Source: Clostridia bacterium (GTDB lineage Bacteria; Bacillota; Clostridia; JAAYHZ01). From it: DNA of 64,000 nt. The translations under genes were made by a program, and so were the position numbers. This document shows, in pieces, positions 1 through 12,161 of this stretch. The stretch lies in assembly GCA_050950825.1 (NCBI GenBank), contig JBMNIH010000007.1, positions 187,971 through 251,970 on the forward strand. Reading direction: 5' to 3'. The notes under the pieces were generated by a model. The model was not told the origin of the DNA. It saw only the letters and a list, made by a program, of their open reading frames with translations, and did not search any database. How positions within the stretch are numbered: the stretch's first letter is position 1; each line of letters opens with the position of its first letter.

Positions 1-1
1 T

Positions 2-1063
2 CGAATCCAAAAAGAAGTCGAAGAAAAGTACCGAAAAAAGGATGAGAAGAAAGAAGCGACGGAAGGAGCCCAAAAACCTTGGCTTCGGTTTTTGGCTCGA
101 TTATTGGACTATTTTTCCTATGAAGTGTTATGGTCCGTTCTCCTTGTTTTTGTATTTCATGTTCGCTTGTCGGATCGATCCGTAGGAGGAAATATACTGG
201 ATACGGCAATATCGGTTATTCTGATGCTATTGATCGAACCCCTTTGGCTTCGTTTTATTGGGACAACCCTTGGAAAAGGAATTCTCGGAATTCGGATTAC
301 GGCAAAAAATCAAGAGCATCTTACCTATAAACAAGGATTTATCCGTACATGGAAGGTAATCGGCAGTGGGTTAGGGTACTTATTCCCTATATACAACTTG
401 GTTTGTCTTTGGAGAAGCTACAAAATGTGCAGCGCCAAAGAGACCTTACCTCAAGATAAAGAAGTTCGATATACCGTAAAAAAATCAAAATGGTTTCGAG
501 GAATTTTATATATCTTGGTTTTTTGGGCTCTCATCGCTCTTCTTTTAACGTCGGACGCTTACCAAAAGCTTCCGCCTCATCGAAGGGATTTGACCGAAGC
601 GAAATTTTCGGAAAATCGAGAATTTTATGCGATGATGTTAACCGATGAGGATATGCTCAACAGCGCTCCCGAATACGAGCTTATTATTGAAGGCGGTTAC
701 GTGACCGGTATCGTATGGGAGACGGATATTCGGAATACGAATGAAAAGATCTACTCCTACGACGCATATATGATACCCGGTGCTCTCGCTCTTTTAGGAG
801 CGCAGGATGAAGCGGGTTTGTTTTCGGAGATCCCCGATAAAGTAAAGGACTTTATCGCTTCCCATCCTTTTGAGAATTTTGAGATTGAGGAAGCGGGAAT
901 CCGAATTAAAAATGAAGTTACTTATTCGGGTCTTTCCTTGGAGGTTACGAATAAAGTCGGGAAGGGATATAGCAAAATCGTCTATTGTCTATACCCGGAA
1001 GAATATGAACCCGAAAACCGTTATTTTCAAAGGTTTGCCGTAATGAAAGCCGACAATCACTGA
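2..1063 (+). CDS. RDD-family membrane protein; 5' end lies upstream of the window
   Basis: The frame is open from base 2, with no stop before the TTG at 92. 'WLRFLARLLDYF' followed by hydrophobic helices and 'GKGILGIRI' resembles RDD-domain proteins. A terminator follows. Confidence 0.5.
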   Translation, partial: RIQKEVEEKYRKKDEKKEATEGAQKPWLRFLARLLDYFSYEVLWSVLLVFVFHVRLSDRSVGGNILDTAISVILMLLIEPLWLRFIGTTLGKGILGIRITAKNQEHLTYKQGFIRTWKVIGSGLGYLFPIYNLVCLWRSYKMCSAKETLPQDKEVRYTVKKSKWFRGILYILVFWALIALLLTSDAYQKLPPHRRDLTEAKFSENREFYAMMLTDEDMLNSAPEYELIIEGGYVTGIVWETDIRNTNEKIYSYDAYMIPGALALLGAQDEAGLFSEIPDKVKDFIASHPFENFEIEEAGIRIKNEVTYSGLSLEVTNKVGKGYSKIVYCLYPEEYEPENRYFQRFAVMKADNH

Positions 1064-1085
1064 AATATCATTTAAAAATACGAAA

Positions 1086-1113
1086 AGAGCCGAAAGAATT
1101 CGGTTCTTTTTTT
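1086..1113 (+). terminator. Rho-independent terminator
   Basis: Hairpin 'agagccgaa'/'ttcggttct' followed by a T-run. Confidence 0.7.
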
Positions 1114-1282
1114 GCAACGACGTTACGGATAATTGCGAGTCGGGGATTCGAAAGGCGAGTATTTCAATATATTGAAATCTTGGTAATAGTATTATGAAAT
1201 TCATATGTGTTTGGATTCTTCGGATTAACTGTCCGATATAGGCATCGATCATCATATGGATAGATAGTAAGGGATAGACGTA

Positions 1283-3085
1283 ATGAAAAACAATAAGCCT
1301 ACTCATTCGATTATCAGCAATGTGAAATACTTTTTCGGACTGCAATGGTCGTACAGCAAGCTGTCGGTAGTGTTTCTTATTTTACTGATTCCTATTAATA
1401 TCTCTATTTCTTTCATTAACATTTATCTGCCCAAGCTTGTGGTAAGCGAAATTATCAACCAAAGACCTTTTGAGCATATCGTCTTTTCTCTTTTGACGAT
1501 AGGAATAATCCTCATTCTATTAAACATTTCGAATAAAGCCATTAGCAGCAGCAACTCTGCGCTTATGCTGAAATTCCGTTACGGTTTACTGAACAGGAAG
1601 GTAAGCAAGGCTTTTAAGACGGATTACGAAAATATAGAAGCACCTCAATTCCGATACTTAATGAGCCGAGCCGACGAGTCCCTTTGGGGGTCCGGAAAGG
1701 GCTCCATTGTAGAAAGGATGACAAGCGGAATTACGGAGCTTATAACAAATATCTTAGGATACATATTATTCGGTTCCATTCTTTCCGTTATTAATCCGTG
1801 GATTGCCGTGGTGCTCACGTTATTTTCCTTGATACATTATTTTTCTCTTCGCCGAGTAAGGAAATTTCAACATGCAAACCGCGAAGAAATATCGAAATTG
1901 GATTATAAGCTTTGGTACATCGCTTCAAACAGCTCCTCCTTTGAGGGAGCCGCCGATGTCCGCATTTACGGAATGAACCGGTGGTTTATCAATATGTTTA
2001 AAACGTTAACGAAGGAACGTCTCGGCTGGGATCGAAAAATTTTATGGAGGACTTATATTACCCATATTATCGACGCATTGATCATTATTTTGCGAGACGG
2101 CTTTGCGTATGCGATTCTAATTACCAAGGTTTTGAACGGCGATTTGTCGATTGATAATTTTATATTCCATTTTGCCGCGGTAGGAAGCTTTGCACGCTTG
2201 GTGGGCGGTATTTTGGAAAAATATAACGATATCTATTCCGTCAGCCTTACCTCATGCGATTTACGTGATTACTTGGAATATCCGGAAAAAGAAAACCGCG
2301 GAGAAGGCGTTCAACCGCCGTCTTTGTCCGTACCATACGAAATTGAGTTACGGGATGTCTCTTATCGGTATCAAGGTGCCGAGGAAGACACCTTACGCCG
2401 CCTTTCCCTTAAGATCCGTAAAGGCGAAAAAGTGGCCATAGTAGGTTTAAACGGTGCGGGAAAAACCACGTTGGTTAAAATCATATGCGGCTTATACAAC
2501 CCCACCCAAGGCAAAGTGCTCATAAACGGTATTGAAAAGCAAAGGTTTAATATTTACGATTATTATTCGTTGTTTTCAACCGTTTTTCAAGATTATCATT
2601 TTCTTCCCGTCTCCATTGCATGTACCGTTTCCGGCAAATCGAAAGAGCAAACGGATACCGAAAGGGTTAAAAAGTGCCTTGAAGCCGCCGGGCTATGGGA
2701 AAAGGTTTCCAAGCTTGAGAAGGGAATGGATTCGATGCTCAACAAGCAGCTGAACGCCGACGGAATCGAGTTATCGGGCGGTGAAAAGCAGAAATTGATT
2801 TTGGCTCGTGCAATTTATAAGGATGCTCCCATTCTCATTCTTGACGAGCCGACTGCGGCACTTGATCCGATTGCGGAAAGCAATCTTTATCAAACATACA
2901 ATGAGCTGTCCAAGAATAAAACATCGATTTTCATTTCTCATCGGTTGGCTTCAACCCGATTTTGCGACCGCATCATCTTCATGGAAAACGGCGAGTTTGT
3001 TGAAACGGGTACTCACGATGAGCTGATGAAAAAAGACGGAAAATACGCGGAATTATTTAAAATTCAAAGCCGGTATTACAAATAG
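1283..3085 (+). CDS. ABC transporter, fused permease/ATP-binding protein (exporter type)
   Basis: N-terminal multi-TM domain. Walker A 'GLNGAGKTT', signature 'LSGGEKQK', Walker B 'ILILDEPT'. Confidence 0.9.
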   Translation: MKNNKPTHSIISNVKYFFGLQWSYSKLSVVFLILLIPINISISFINIYLPKLVVSEIINQRPFEHIVFSLLTIGIILILLNISNKAISSSNSALMLKFRYGLLNRKVSKAFKTDYENIEAPQFRYLMSRADESLWGSGKGSIVERMTSGITELITNILGYILFGSILSVINPWIAVVLTLFSLIHYFSLRRVRKFQHANREEISKLDYKLWYIASNSSSFEGAADVRIYGMNRWFINMFKTLTKERLGWDRKILWRTYITHIIDALIIILRDGFAYAILITKVLNGDLSIDNFIFHFAAVGSFARLVGGILEKYNDIYSVSLTSCDLRDYLEYPEKENRGEGVQPPSLSVPYEIELRDVSYRYQGAEEDTLRRLSLKIRKGEKVAIVGLNGAGKTTLVKIICGLYNPTQGKVLINGIEKQRFNIYDYYSLFSTVFQDYHFLPVSIACTVSGKSKEQTDTERVKKCLEAAGLWEKVSKLEKGMDSMLNKQLNADGIELSGGEKQKLILARAIYKDAPILILDEPTAALDPIAESNLYQTYNELSKNKTSIFISHRLASTRFCDRIIFMENGEFVETGTHDELMKKDGKYAELFKIQSRYYK

Positions 3086-3091
3086 ACAGGG

Positions 3092-4915
3092 GTGATGGCG
3101 TTGTTCAAGAAATTCATCGAAAATGTTTCCCTTATAAAACGCGGTGTTAAAATGCTGTTTCAAATAGAGAAAACCTATATGATTTTGTTGATTTTAACAT
3201 CGGTGATATCGGTCATCCCGAACTATATAAACATTTATTTCATGGCAAAAATAGTCGACGAATTGGTCGAGGGGAAAAATATAAATCGCATAATCCTGTA
3301 TGTGCTCGTTACCTTGATCGGAAATTTTGTGTTGTCTTTGCTTATCGGCGGATTAACGCAGCTTCGCGGTTACCGGCACAACCAATTCTTTAAAAACGAG
3401 CAAATGTTTCTTGCCGACAAGCTTTTATCCATGGATTACAGTGATATTGAAAACAGAGAGACGAAAATGCTGTTTGAACAGATAAAAGCGGAAAGCCGTT
3501 CAGGGTATAATACCTTTTACCTATACACATATTTCGGATCTTTAATTACAAGCGTTTCCAATATCATCGCATCCTTTCTTCTGACGTTTAACTTGTTTTT
3601 CGCTGCCGATATCTCAATCGCCGGCAAGCTGCTTTCGGTTGCTTTTATCATCCTTACGATATGCATTAATTTTTATACGACGAAAAAGCAGAATGAATAT
3701 AATTACATCATGTCGGCAAAAAACGTTATTTCCAATGCTTTTTCAAATTTTTATGACGGTTTTTACAGCGATTATAATGCCGGGAAAGACGTAAGAATCT
3801 ATCAAATGGAGAATTTCGCTGCTGCCGAACATCAAAAACAATGCGAATATTCATATAACCTGATCATGGAGAACAGAAAAAAGACTCTTCCCTTCATTCT
3901 TACGAATAGCATTTGTAATGATGTACTCAATCTTGTGATTTACCTATTTATAATCCGGGCTTGTGTTGCAGGAAGCGTTACCATAGGAAGCATTGCGAAA
4001 TACATAACCGGTATCACGCTTTTCATCAACGCAACGAAGGGACTCATTTCGCAAACGCAGTCTTTGTTTAATAATAATAAGTACTTGGTTCGATATTTTT
4101 CGTTTTTGGATATTCCGTCAAAAATGAGCCAAGGCGAGCGGCATCTTTACTTTTTACCGAATAAAGACCACATATTGGAGTTCCGCAATGTCTCGTTCAA
4201 ATATTCGGGTTCGAATGCATACGCCGTAAAAAATCTGAATTTAAAAATAAACTTCGGTGAAAAAACCGCGATTGTGGGATTAAACGGAAGCGGGAAAACC
4301 ACTTTTGTGAAACTGCTTTGTCGATTGTATGATCCTACCGAAGGTGAAATCTTGCTGGACGGGGTCAATATCAAGAACTACAGATATGAGGAGTATAAGG
4401 CACTTTTCTCGATCATCTTTCAGGATTTTAAGCTTTTCGCCTATCCGTTGGCTCAAAACATCGCGTGCAGTATGAGCTATTCGGCAGAGCGTGTCCATGA
4501 ATGCTTGGATAAAGCGGGATTCGGCAACAGGCTTGCCGCAATGAATAACGGCATCGAAACCTGTTTGTATAAAGACTTCGACCGGGACGGCGTTGAAATT
4601 TCGGGAGGGGAAGCACAAAAAATAGCATTCGCAAGATCTTTATACAAGGACGCTCCCATATTGATTTTTGACGAGCCTACCGCCGCCCTCGACCCCATTG
4701 CGGAATACGAATTCTATTTGCATCTGAATGATACGGTCGGCGATAAAATGGCCATTTACATATCTCACCGTATGGCTTCATGCAGATTTTGCGATCATAT
4801 CATTGTATTTAACGACGGTGAAATCGTCCAAAAAGGCAACCACGAATCCCTTTTGAGAGACGAAAGCGGTAAATATTTTGAGCTTTGGAACGCGCAGGCG
4901 CAATATTATGTTTAA
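3092..4915 (+). CDS. ABC transporter, fused permease/ATP-binding protein (probable heterodimer partner of the upstream gene)
   Basis: TM domain plus 'GLNGSGKTT', 'ISGGEAQK' and 'ILIFDEPT'. It starts 7 bp after the previous stop. The start could be GTG 3092 or ATG 3095. Confidence 0.9.
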   Translation: MMALFKKFIENVSLIKRGVKMLFQIEKTYMILLILTSVISVIPNYINIYFMAKIVDELVEGKNINRIILYVLVTLIGNFVLSLLIGGLTQLRGYRHNQFFKNEQMFLADKLLSMDYSDIENRETKMLFEQIKAESRSGYNTFYLYTYFGSLITSVSNIIASFLLTFNLFFAADISIAGKLLSVAFIILTICINFYTTKKQNEYNYIMSAKNVISNAFSNFYDGFYSDYNAGKDVRIYQMENFAAAEHQKQCEYSYNLIMENRKKTLPFILTNSICNDVLNLVIYLFIIRACVAGSVTIGSIAKYITGITLFINATKGLISQTQSLFNNNKYLVRYFSFLDIPSKMSQGERHLYFLPNKDHILEFRNVSFKYSGSNAYAVKNLNLKINFGEKTAIVGLNGSGKTTFVKLLCRLYDPTEGEILLDGVNIKNYRYEEYKALFSIIFQDFKLFAYPLAQNIACSMSYSAERVHECLDKAGFGNRLAAMNNGIETCLYKDFDRDGVEISGGEAQKIAFARSLYKDAPILIFDEPTAALDPIAEYEFYLHLNDTVGDKMAIYISHRMASCRFCDHIIVFNDGEIVQKGNHESLLRDESGKYFELWNAQAQYYV

Positions 4916-4955
4916 TATAAAAAACATACGGAACAAATGATGTCTTTAAAAGAAC

Positions 4956-4980
4956 GGCCAAGAGTACCGTACTCTTGGCC
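4956..4980. terminator. Hairpin between convergent genes; the T-run lies on the minus-strand side
   Basis: Perfect 12-bp arms 'ggccaagagtac'/'gtactcttggcc'. On the minus strand it is followed by 'ttctttt'. Confidence 0.6.
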
Positions 4981-5010
4981 GTAGTCGTAAAATGCTCTTT
5001 GCAGCAAGAT

Positions 5011-6231
5011 TTAAGCTTTTTTTGCTTTCGTTTTAACAAGCAGAACCAGAACAACGCTGACAAGGGCACAGCCTGCGGCAATGATAAAGGCAGGGGTCAT
5101 TAAAGAGATGTCCTGAGCCGCTACGTTTTTATAATGTCCGGCAATATAGGATGAAACGACGGCACCGAGTCCGAATCCGGTCAATACCATTCCGTAATTG
5201 GTAGCCATGTGGGTAGGTCCGAAAAGCACGGCTGTCAGGGTAGGGTAATTGCTCAAAAAACCGCCGTAGAAGAATCCGATCAATCCGATCAGGACGTATA
5301 TAAAATAGCCGTTGGCATTGTTGACTAATATGGAGAGAACTCCGGAGCCGATGAGAAGAACCAAAATGGTTTTCTTCGGACCCAGTTTGTCGGCGACAAC
5401 ACCCCAAGTCAAGCGGCCGAAGGAATTGCACATGGATATGACCAAAACACCGATGGTCGCCGTTTCGCCCAAGCCTTTGGCAACGGCAATGGGTTTGGCA
5501 AATCCGATCATCATCAACCCTCCCATACAAGCCAATGCCATGGAGATCGTGATCAAATAGAAACGGGCATCTTTCAATACTTGACCGGGAGACATGTTGT
5601 TGGGGTCATTAGCAAGAGCCGATTCTTTTTTGCTTTGCTCGCTATTTTCCGGCGGGTTTTTAAGAACAAGTCCCCCCAATGTGCAAACAACGAAAAAGAT
5701 ACCGCTTAGTACCGCAAATGTTTTCAGTTCGCCTACACCTTGGCCGCCGAAGTTTTTAATCAAGCGTTCAACGATGGGCGTGAAAACAACACCGCCAAAA
5801 CCTAAGGCGGAAACAATCAAGCCTGTGACCAAACCTTTCTTTTCAGGATACCATTTTTGAGCGCATGCGATGGTGGTGGAATATGTAAAGCCCATGCCGA
5901 CACCACCCATAAGCCCGTAGCCTAACCATAAAATCCAGTAGGCGGACGGTGTGGTAAAGGATGCGAGCAAAAAGCCTGCACTTAAAATAATACCGCCTAT
6001 AATCACGATGACACGGACGGAAAATTTCGCCGCAAGCTTTCCTCCTATAACGCTTCCTACGGTAAGCGTGGCTAACAACAGTGAAAAGGCAAGACCGGCA
6101 GCGGCATTGTCGCCGTTAAATATGCTGATTGCAATACCGGTCTGAAAGACACTCCAAATGTACGCCACACCGAGGCAAAGCTGGATGGCTATGGATGCTA
6201 CGATGGGTATGATTCGTTGATACGTCTTCAT
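5011..6231 (-). CDS. MFS transporter, oxalate/formate antiporter (OFA)-like family
   Basis: 406 aa with about 12 predicted TM helices and an OFA-like N-terminus 'IVASIAIQLCLGVAYIWSVF'. RBS 'aggagg' lies upstream on the minus strand. Confidence 0.8.
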   Translation of the reverse strand: MKTYQRIIPIVASIAIQLCLGVAYIWSVFQTGIAISIFNGDNAAAGLAFSLLLATLTVGSVIGGKLAAKFSVRVIVIIGGIILSAGFLLASFTTPSAYWILWLGYGLMGGVGMGFTYSTTIACAQKWYPEKKGLVTGLIVSALGFGGVVFTPIVERLIKNFGGQGVGELKTFAVLSGIFFVVCTLGGLVLKNPPENSEQSKKESALANDPNNMSPGQVLKDARFYLITISMALACMGGLMMIGFAKPIAVAKGLGETATIGVLVISMCNSFGRLTWGVVADKLGPKKTILVLLIGSGVLSILVNNANGYFIYVLIGLIGFFYGGFLSNYPTLTAVLFGPTHMATNYGMVLTGFGLGAVVSSYIAGHYKNVAAQDISLMTPAFIIAAGCALVSVVLVLLVKTKAKKA

Positions 6232-6583
6232 ATGATCCTCCTAATAAATATGTAAAAGGGCTGTTTAAGCATATTAGATGCTATAGTAAAGGAGACTTGG
6301 CCTTTCGTCAATAGTAAAATGTTTTATTTTACGAACAATTTTTGCATAAATATGCTTTTTTCTATGTATATTGTTTAGCCGGAGCTTTCATACGTCTTTC
6401 TTTATTGTTTCCATCATGCATAGTTCCGACGGATACTGCAAAAAATATGCATGATTACATTGATGAGGAGATGACATTATGCATTTTTGTTTACCGGCTA
6501 CCGGCATACGAATTTGGCTTAACACCGATCCGCACGTGAATAATTCCATATTGGAAGGAGTAATCAATAATATTCGTTATTAC

Positions 6584-6931
6584 ATGAACAGAAGCAAAGA
6601 CGAAATTATCGAAAGGCAATTGGAATTGGACGAAGAATGGGATATTGAACGGGTCGTTGAAACCGGTGCGGGAGCATTGACGGTTCTCGGAGCCCTTATG
6701 ACTTGGATTACCGAAAACAAAGGGTGGGCGATTTTGATGGGAATAAGCGGTGCTCTTTTGCTGCAGCATGCACTCCATGGCCGGACTCCCGTATTGTCTT
6801 GTATTCGTAAAAACGGTATTCGAACACAAACGGAGATCATGGCGGAAAAAACGCTTTTGGAAGTACTGAAGGAAGATCCCCAATTATTAACCGAGGAAAG
6901 AATCCGCGAAATCGTAAGAAGCGTAATATAA
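6584..6931 (+). CDS. Small membrane protein, DUF2892/YgaP-like (tentative)
   Basis: Two hydrophobic helices followed by 'HGRTPVLSCIRKNGI', resembling the YgaP-like TM domain. Start chosen at the ATG 'MNRSKDE'; the start is uncertain (the ORF is open from 6479). Confidence 0.4.
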   Translation: MNRSKDEIIERQLELDEEWDIERVVETGAGALTVLGALMTWITENKGWAILMGISGALLLQHALHGRTPVLSCIRKNGIRTQTEIMAEKTLLEVLKEDPQLLTEERIREIVRSVI

Positions 6932-6949
6932 ATATATGGATTTTGATAA

Positions 6950-6973
6950 GGGCCAAAAAAAGGCCCTTTTTTT
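6950..6973 (+). terminator. Rho-independent terminator
   Basis: 'gggcc aaaaaaa ggccc' followed by T7. Confidence 0.7.
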
Positions 6974-7009
6974 GTACAAGGCTTCTTTAACAAAATTGTA
7001 AAACAAGCG

Positions 7010-7038
7010 ACTTGTCCAAGATTGCCGTATAAGGTATA
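7010..7038 (+). promoter_or_regulatory. Sigma-A-like promoter for the spoIID-like/queA transcription unit
   Basis: 'ttgtcc', a 17-nt spacer, then 'tataat'. Confidence 0.5.
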
Positions 7039-7248
7039 ATAAACCCATGTGGGTAAATTAGGTAACGGATATTAAAAGGCGGCATGCAAACGACGGATCC
7101 TAAAACCGATGGGGGGAAATTCGGGAAGTCGATAGGGTCATGCGTTTCCCACATTTTTTGAATCGGAGCAAATATTCTATTCTTTTGTTTCATTGGAACT
7201 GAATAGGTTTGTGTCCGAAGTTTTTTATTTATCTTAATGGAGGGAAAT

Positions 7249-8868
7249 ATGAAAAGGGTAAAAAAGGGGATTTTGTACATATCTATTATCATGCTTATGT
7301 TTTCCATGATCATTACGGAGCCTGTTCCGGTTCATGCCTATATAAACGTGCCGAGTACGGTCCGAGTAGGCATCTATTATGTGAACTCCTACCAAAACAC
7401 AACCGTAACAAGCTTTACCGCATCGGCGTCAGGGGGAATTAATGTAGGCGTGAATATCAGCGGCAGTTATTATCCTCTGTACGAGCATTACGGCTCCGAT
7501 AACTTAAGCGTATTCTTGGATTCACCCGGAAGCAAATACTTTGTGCGCATCGGAGGAGTCTATTCCGATCGTAATTCGGCGGTTTCCGTTTTAAATATAT
7601 GCAAAGCCAACGGTCTGCCTGCGTACCTGGTGTTCGACAACAACTGGCAGGTTTGGGCCGGTTGCTTTAACGACGCGGCTTCCGCAAGCAATGCCGCAAC
7701 CGGCACATATGCTTCGAAAACGGGAGGCCAGCCCGTAACCGTTGTTACGTCACCGGTGAGAGACTTAAGAGTTACCCGATCCGACGGAACCGTGGTAGCG
7801 GTGTTGGTGAATTGCTCCGGCAACTTCCGAATCAATCCTAACAATTCCTACGACGTCGTTCGAATCAACGGAAAAGGCTATCGCGGCTACATCGACTGCT
7901 TCCGCTATTCCGACTCCCATATTACCGTGGTAAACGTTGTGGATTTCGAGGAGTATTTATACGGGGTGGTTCCTAATGAAATCGAAGGGGCTTCTCATCC
8001 GGAGGCTTTAAAGGCTCAAGCGGTGGCCGCAAGAACCTATTCGATCACCCAATTGGGCAAGCATATGAAATACGGATTCGACTTGTGCAACTCCGAATGC
8101 TGCCAAGTGTATAAAGGGTACGACAGCGAATATCCGACCACCAATGTTGCCGTTGATCAAACAAGAGGGGAGGTTGTTACCTTCCTAGGCGAGCCGGCCA
8201 CCATCTACTATTTCGCATCAAGCGGCGGTATGACGGAAAATTCGGAAAATGTCTGGTATTCGCAGGTTCCATACTTAAGAGCCGTGGAAGATCCTTACGA
8301 ATCTCCTTCCTATGCGTACTCGAATTGGAGCTATGAATACACTCCGCAGCAGATTAAGCAAATGCTAATCGATAAAGGCTACAATATCGGTGATATTCTT
8401 AATATCGAAATATCCCAAGTGACCGAATCCGGCCGCGCATTGGAATTAATCGTCACGGGAACCCAAGGAAAGGCGATTTTCACCAAGGAAAAGACCAGAC
8501 TAATGACGTCGCCTTCGCTGCCGAGCCAAAAGTTTTACATAGCCAACGACGCGGTATTGACGGTACAAAACGGGGAACACCAGATTTTATCCATTGATCC
8601 CGGGTCCGTCCGTATACAAACCTCTTTAACAAGCTATACTACAATTGATGCAAGAACGGCGGGCTTGACCGTTGCGGGAGCAAATTTGACTTTGGAATAC
8701 GTGCATTTTAACGGCAGTCCTTCTACGTATATCTTTATCGGAAAAGGAAAGGGACACGGTATCGGTATGAGCCAAGTAGGGGCAAAAGGATTGGCGGAAA
8801 ACGGATATACCTACAGACAAATCCTTACCCACTACTTCCAAGGTACCGAGATTCAAGCCTTGTCATAA
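7249..8868 (+). CDS. SpoIID/LytB domain-containing protein (secreted, cell-wall remodelling)
   Basis: RBS 'ggaggg' precedes the ATG at 7249 and a signal-like N-terminus. SpoIID-type motifs are present: 'YLYGVVPNEI', 'AVAARTY', 'CQVYKGY', 'YYFASSGG'. Confidence 0.85.
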   Translation: MKRVKKGILYISIIMLMFSMIITEPVPVHAYINVPSTVRVGIYYVNSYQNTTVTSFTASASGGINVGVNISGSYYPLYEHYGSDNLSVFLDSPGSKYFVRIGGVYSDRNSAVSVLNICKANGLPAYLVFDNNWQVWAGCFNDAASASNAATGTYASKTGGQPVTVVTSPVRDLRVTRSDGTVVAVLVNCSGNFRINPNNSYDVVRINGKGYRGYIDCFRYSDSHITVVNVVDFEEYLYGVVPNEIEGASHPEALKAQAVAARTYSITQLGKHMKYGFDLCNSECCQVYKGYDSEYPTTNVAVDQTRGEVVTFLGEPATIYYFASSGGMTENSENVWYSQVPYLRAVEDPYESPSYAYSNWSYEYTPQQIKQMLIDKGYNIGDILNIEISQVTESGRALELIVTGTQGKAIFTKEKTRLMTSPSLPSQKFYIANDAVLTVQNGEHQILSIDPGSVRIQTSLTSYTTIDARTAGLTVAGANLTLEYVHFNGSPSTYIFIGKGKGHGIGMSQVGAKGLAENGYTYRQILTHYFQGTEIQALS

Positions 8869-8892
8869 AGGCGGTAGGTAAAAAACAATATC

Positions 8893-11162
<2,270 letters not shown>

Positions 11163-11192
11163 TAAATAGTTAAAATTGGAGGTACAAAATTT

Positions 11193-11537
11193 ATGAATTG
11201 GTTTTTAACCAGGGTGTATGCGGAAACGGCAGGCACGGCACCTGTTGAAGAAGTAAGTATGGGAAGTTATTTATTATCGATGCTGCTGCCGGTAGCCATC
11301 ATTATCGGCCTTATGTATCTTATGGTATTTCGTCCCCAGAAGAAAAAAGAAAATGCTTTGAGGGATATGATTAACAACCTGAAGGTGGGAGATGAAATAA
11401 CCACCATCGGCGGTATTGTAGGCAAAGTCGTAGCGATCAAAGACGAAGAAGTAACCATTGAATCGTCCATTGAAAGAACCAAAATCCAAATGAACAAATA
11501 CGCCATCAAAGACGTAAAGCAATACGAAAAAGCTTAA
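11193..11537 (+). CDS. yajC: Preprotein translocase subunit YajC
   Basis: Single TM helix followed by 'FRPQKKK...LKVGDEITTIGGIVGKV'. The conserved queA-tgt-yajC order is kept. Confidence 0.85.
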   Translation: MNWFLTRVYAETAGTAPVEEVSMGSYLLSMLLPVAIIIGLMYLMVFRPQKKKENALRDMINNLKVGDEITTIGGIVGKVVAIKDEEVTIESSIERTKIQMNKYAIKDVKQYEKA

Positions 11538-11572
11538 AAACCTACAATAAAAAGAAAAACATTGGAAAAGAG

Positions 11573-11597
11573 AAAACCGGCTTACGCCGGTTTTTTG
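11573..11597. terminator. Hairpin terminator between convergent genes
   Basis: 'ccggc ttac gccgg' flanked by an A-run and a T-run. Confidence 0.6.
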
Positions 11598-12019
11598 GCA
11601 TTTGTTTTTCCTATGAAGGTACGGTTTCTTTTTGCCCTTTTATGGTCCATTCGGTTAATGCATAAAATTCCGCCTATGGTTCCCGCCGCAGCGCCGATGA
11701 CCAAAAGAAACAGGGTATTGTAGCCCACGGAAAAATCCTTATTCATTACGGAGCTTATGATATAGAGGATGATGATATAGAGCAGGCCGCACCAACAGCC
11801 GACGGAGGCTTTTTTCTGTCGGCTGAACAAAACGGCGGCATAGCCCGCTATGGGAACACTGATAATCAATCCGACCAATGTTGCAGGATACGTGTATTTG
11901 TTCGGAGACTCGAAGGTGGACATCAGGATGGAAAAGCCGGCATACAAAATGACAATGGCCGTGATTCCGGCTAAAAGCCCTTTCAATATCGCTACCAGAC
12001 CGCTTGTAAATTTATTCAT
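11582..12019 (-). CDS. Small multi-TM membrane protein (TIGR04086-like)
   Basis: 145 aa with four hydrophobic helices and a basic C-terminal tail. The family assignment is from memory of similar proteins next to yajC. Confidence 0.45.
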   Translation of the reverse strand: MNKFTSGLVAILKGLLAGITAIVILYAGFSILMSTFESPNKYTYPATLVGLIISVPIAGYAAVLFSRQKKASVGCWCGLLYIIILYIISSVMNKDFSVGYNTLFLLVIGAAAGTIGGILCINRMDHKRAKRNRTFIGKTNAKKPA

Positions 12020-12161
12020 ACAATCCCTCTTGTTCTTTCATTGTTATTAATACTTATGGCATGGCAAAAGGATTTATGACTTGTCTTTTTGAGGAAATCG
12101 TTTTGTACGGCGGGAAATTTGAGTATAATAATGGTAACGAATGAGAATGAGAGGGATCCGT

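Noticed and set aside
989-1345. Many ORFs in the track that lie antisense to, or overlap out of frame with, strong genes. Examples are 989-1345(-), 16909-17343(-), 36662-37399(-), 49858-50475(+), 60177-60737(-) and 61273-61857(-).
   Set aside because: They overlap well-supported genes with clear family motifs, lack an RBS, and have low-complexity or skewed composition typical of shadow ORFs.
6479-6583. The upstream extension of the small membrane protein ORF (start at 6479).
   Set aside because: The extension has no RBS and has an odd composition. The ATG at 6584 gives a compact protein, but even that start lacks a well-spaced RBS, so the start remains uncertain.
6987-7313. The 108-aa minus-strand ORF between the DUF2892-like gene and the spoIID-like gene.
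   Set aside because: It overlaps the promoter, leader and start of the spoIID-like gene, has no RBS, and its sequence looks non-protein-like.
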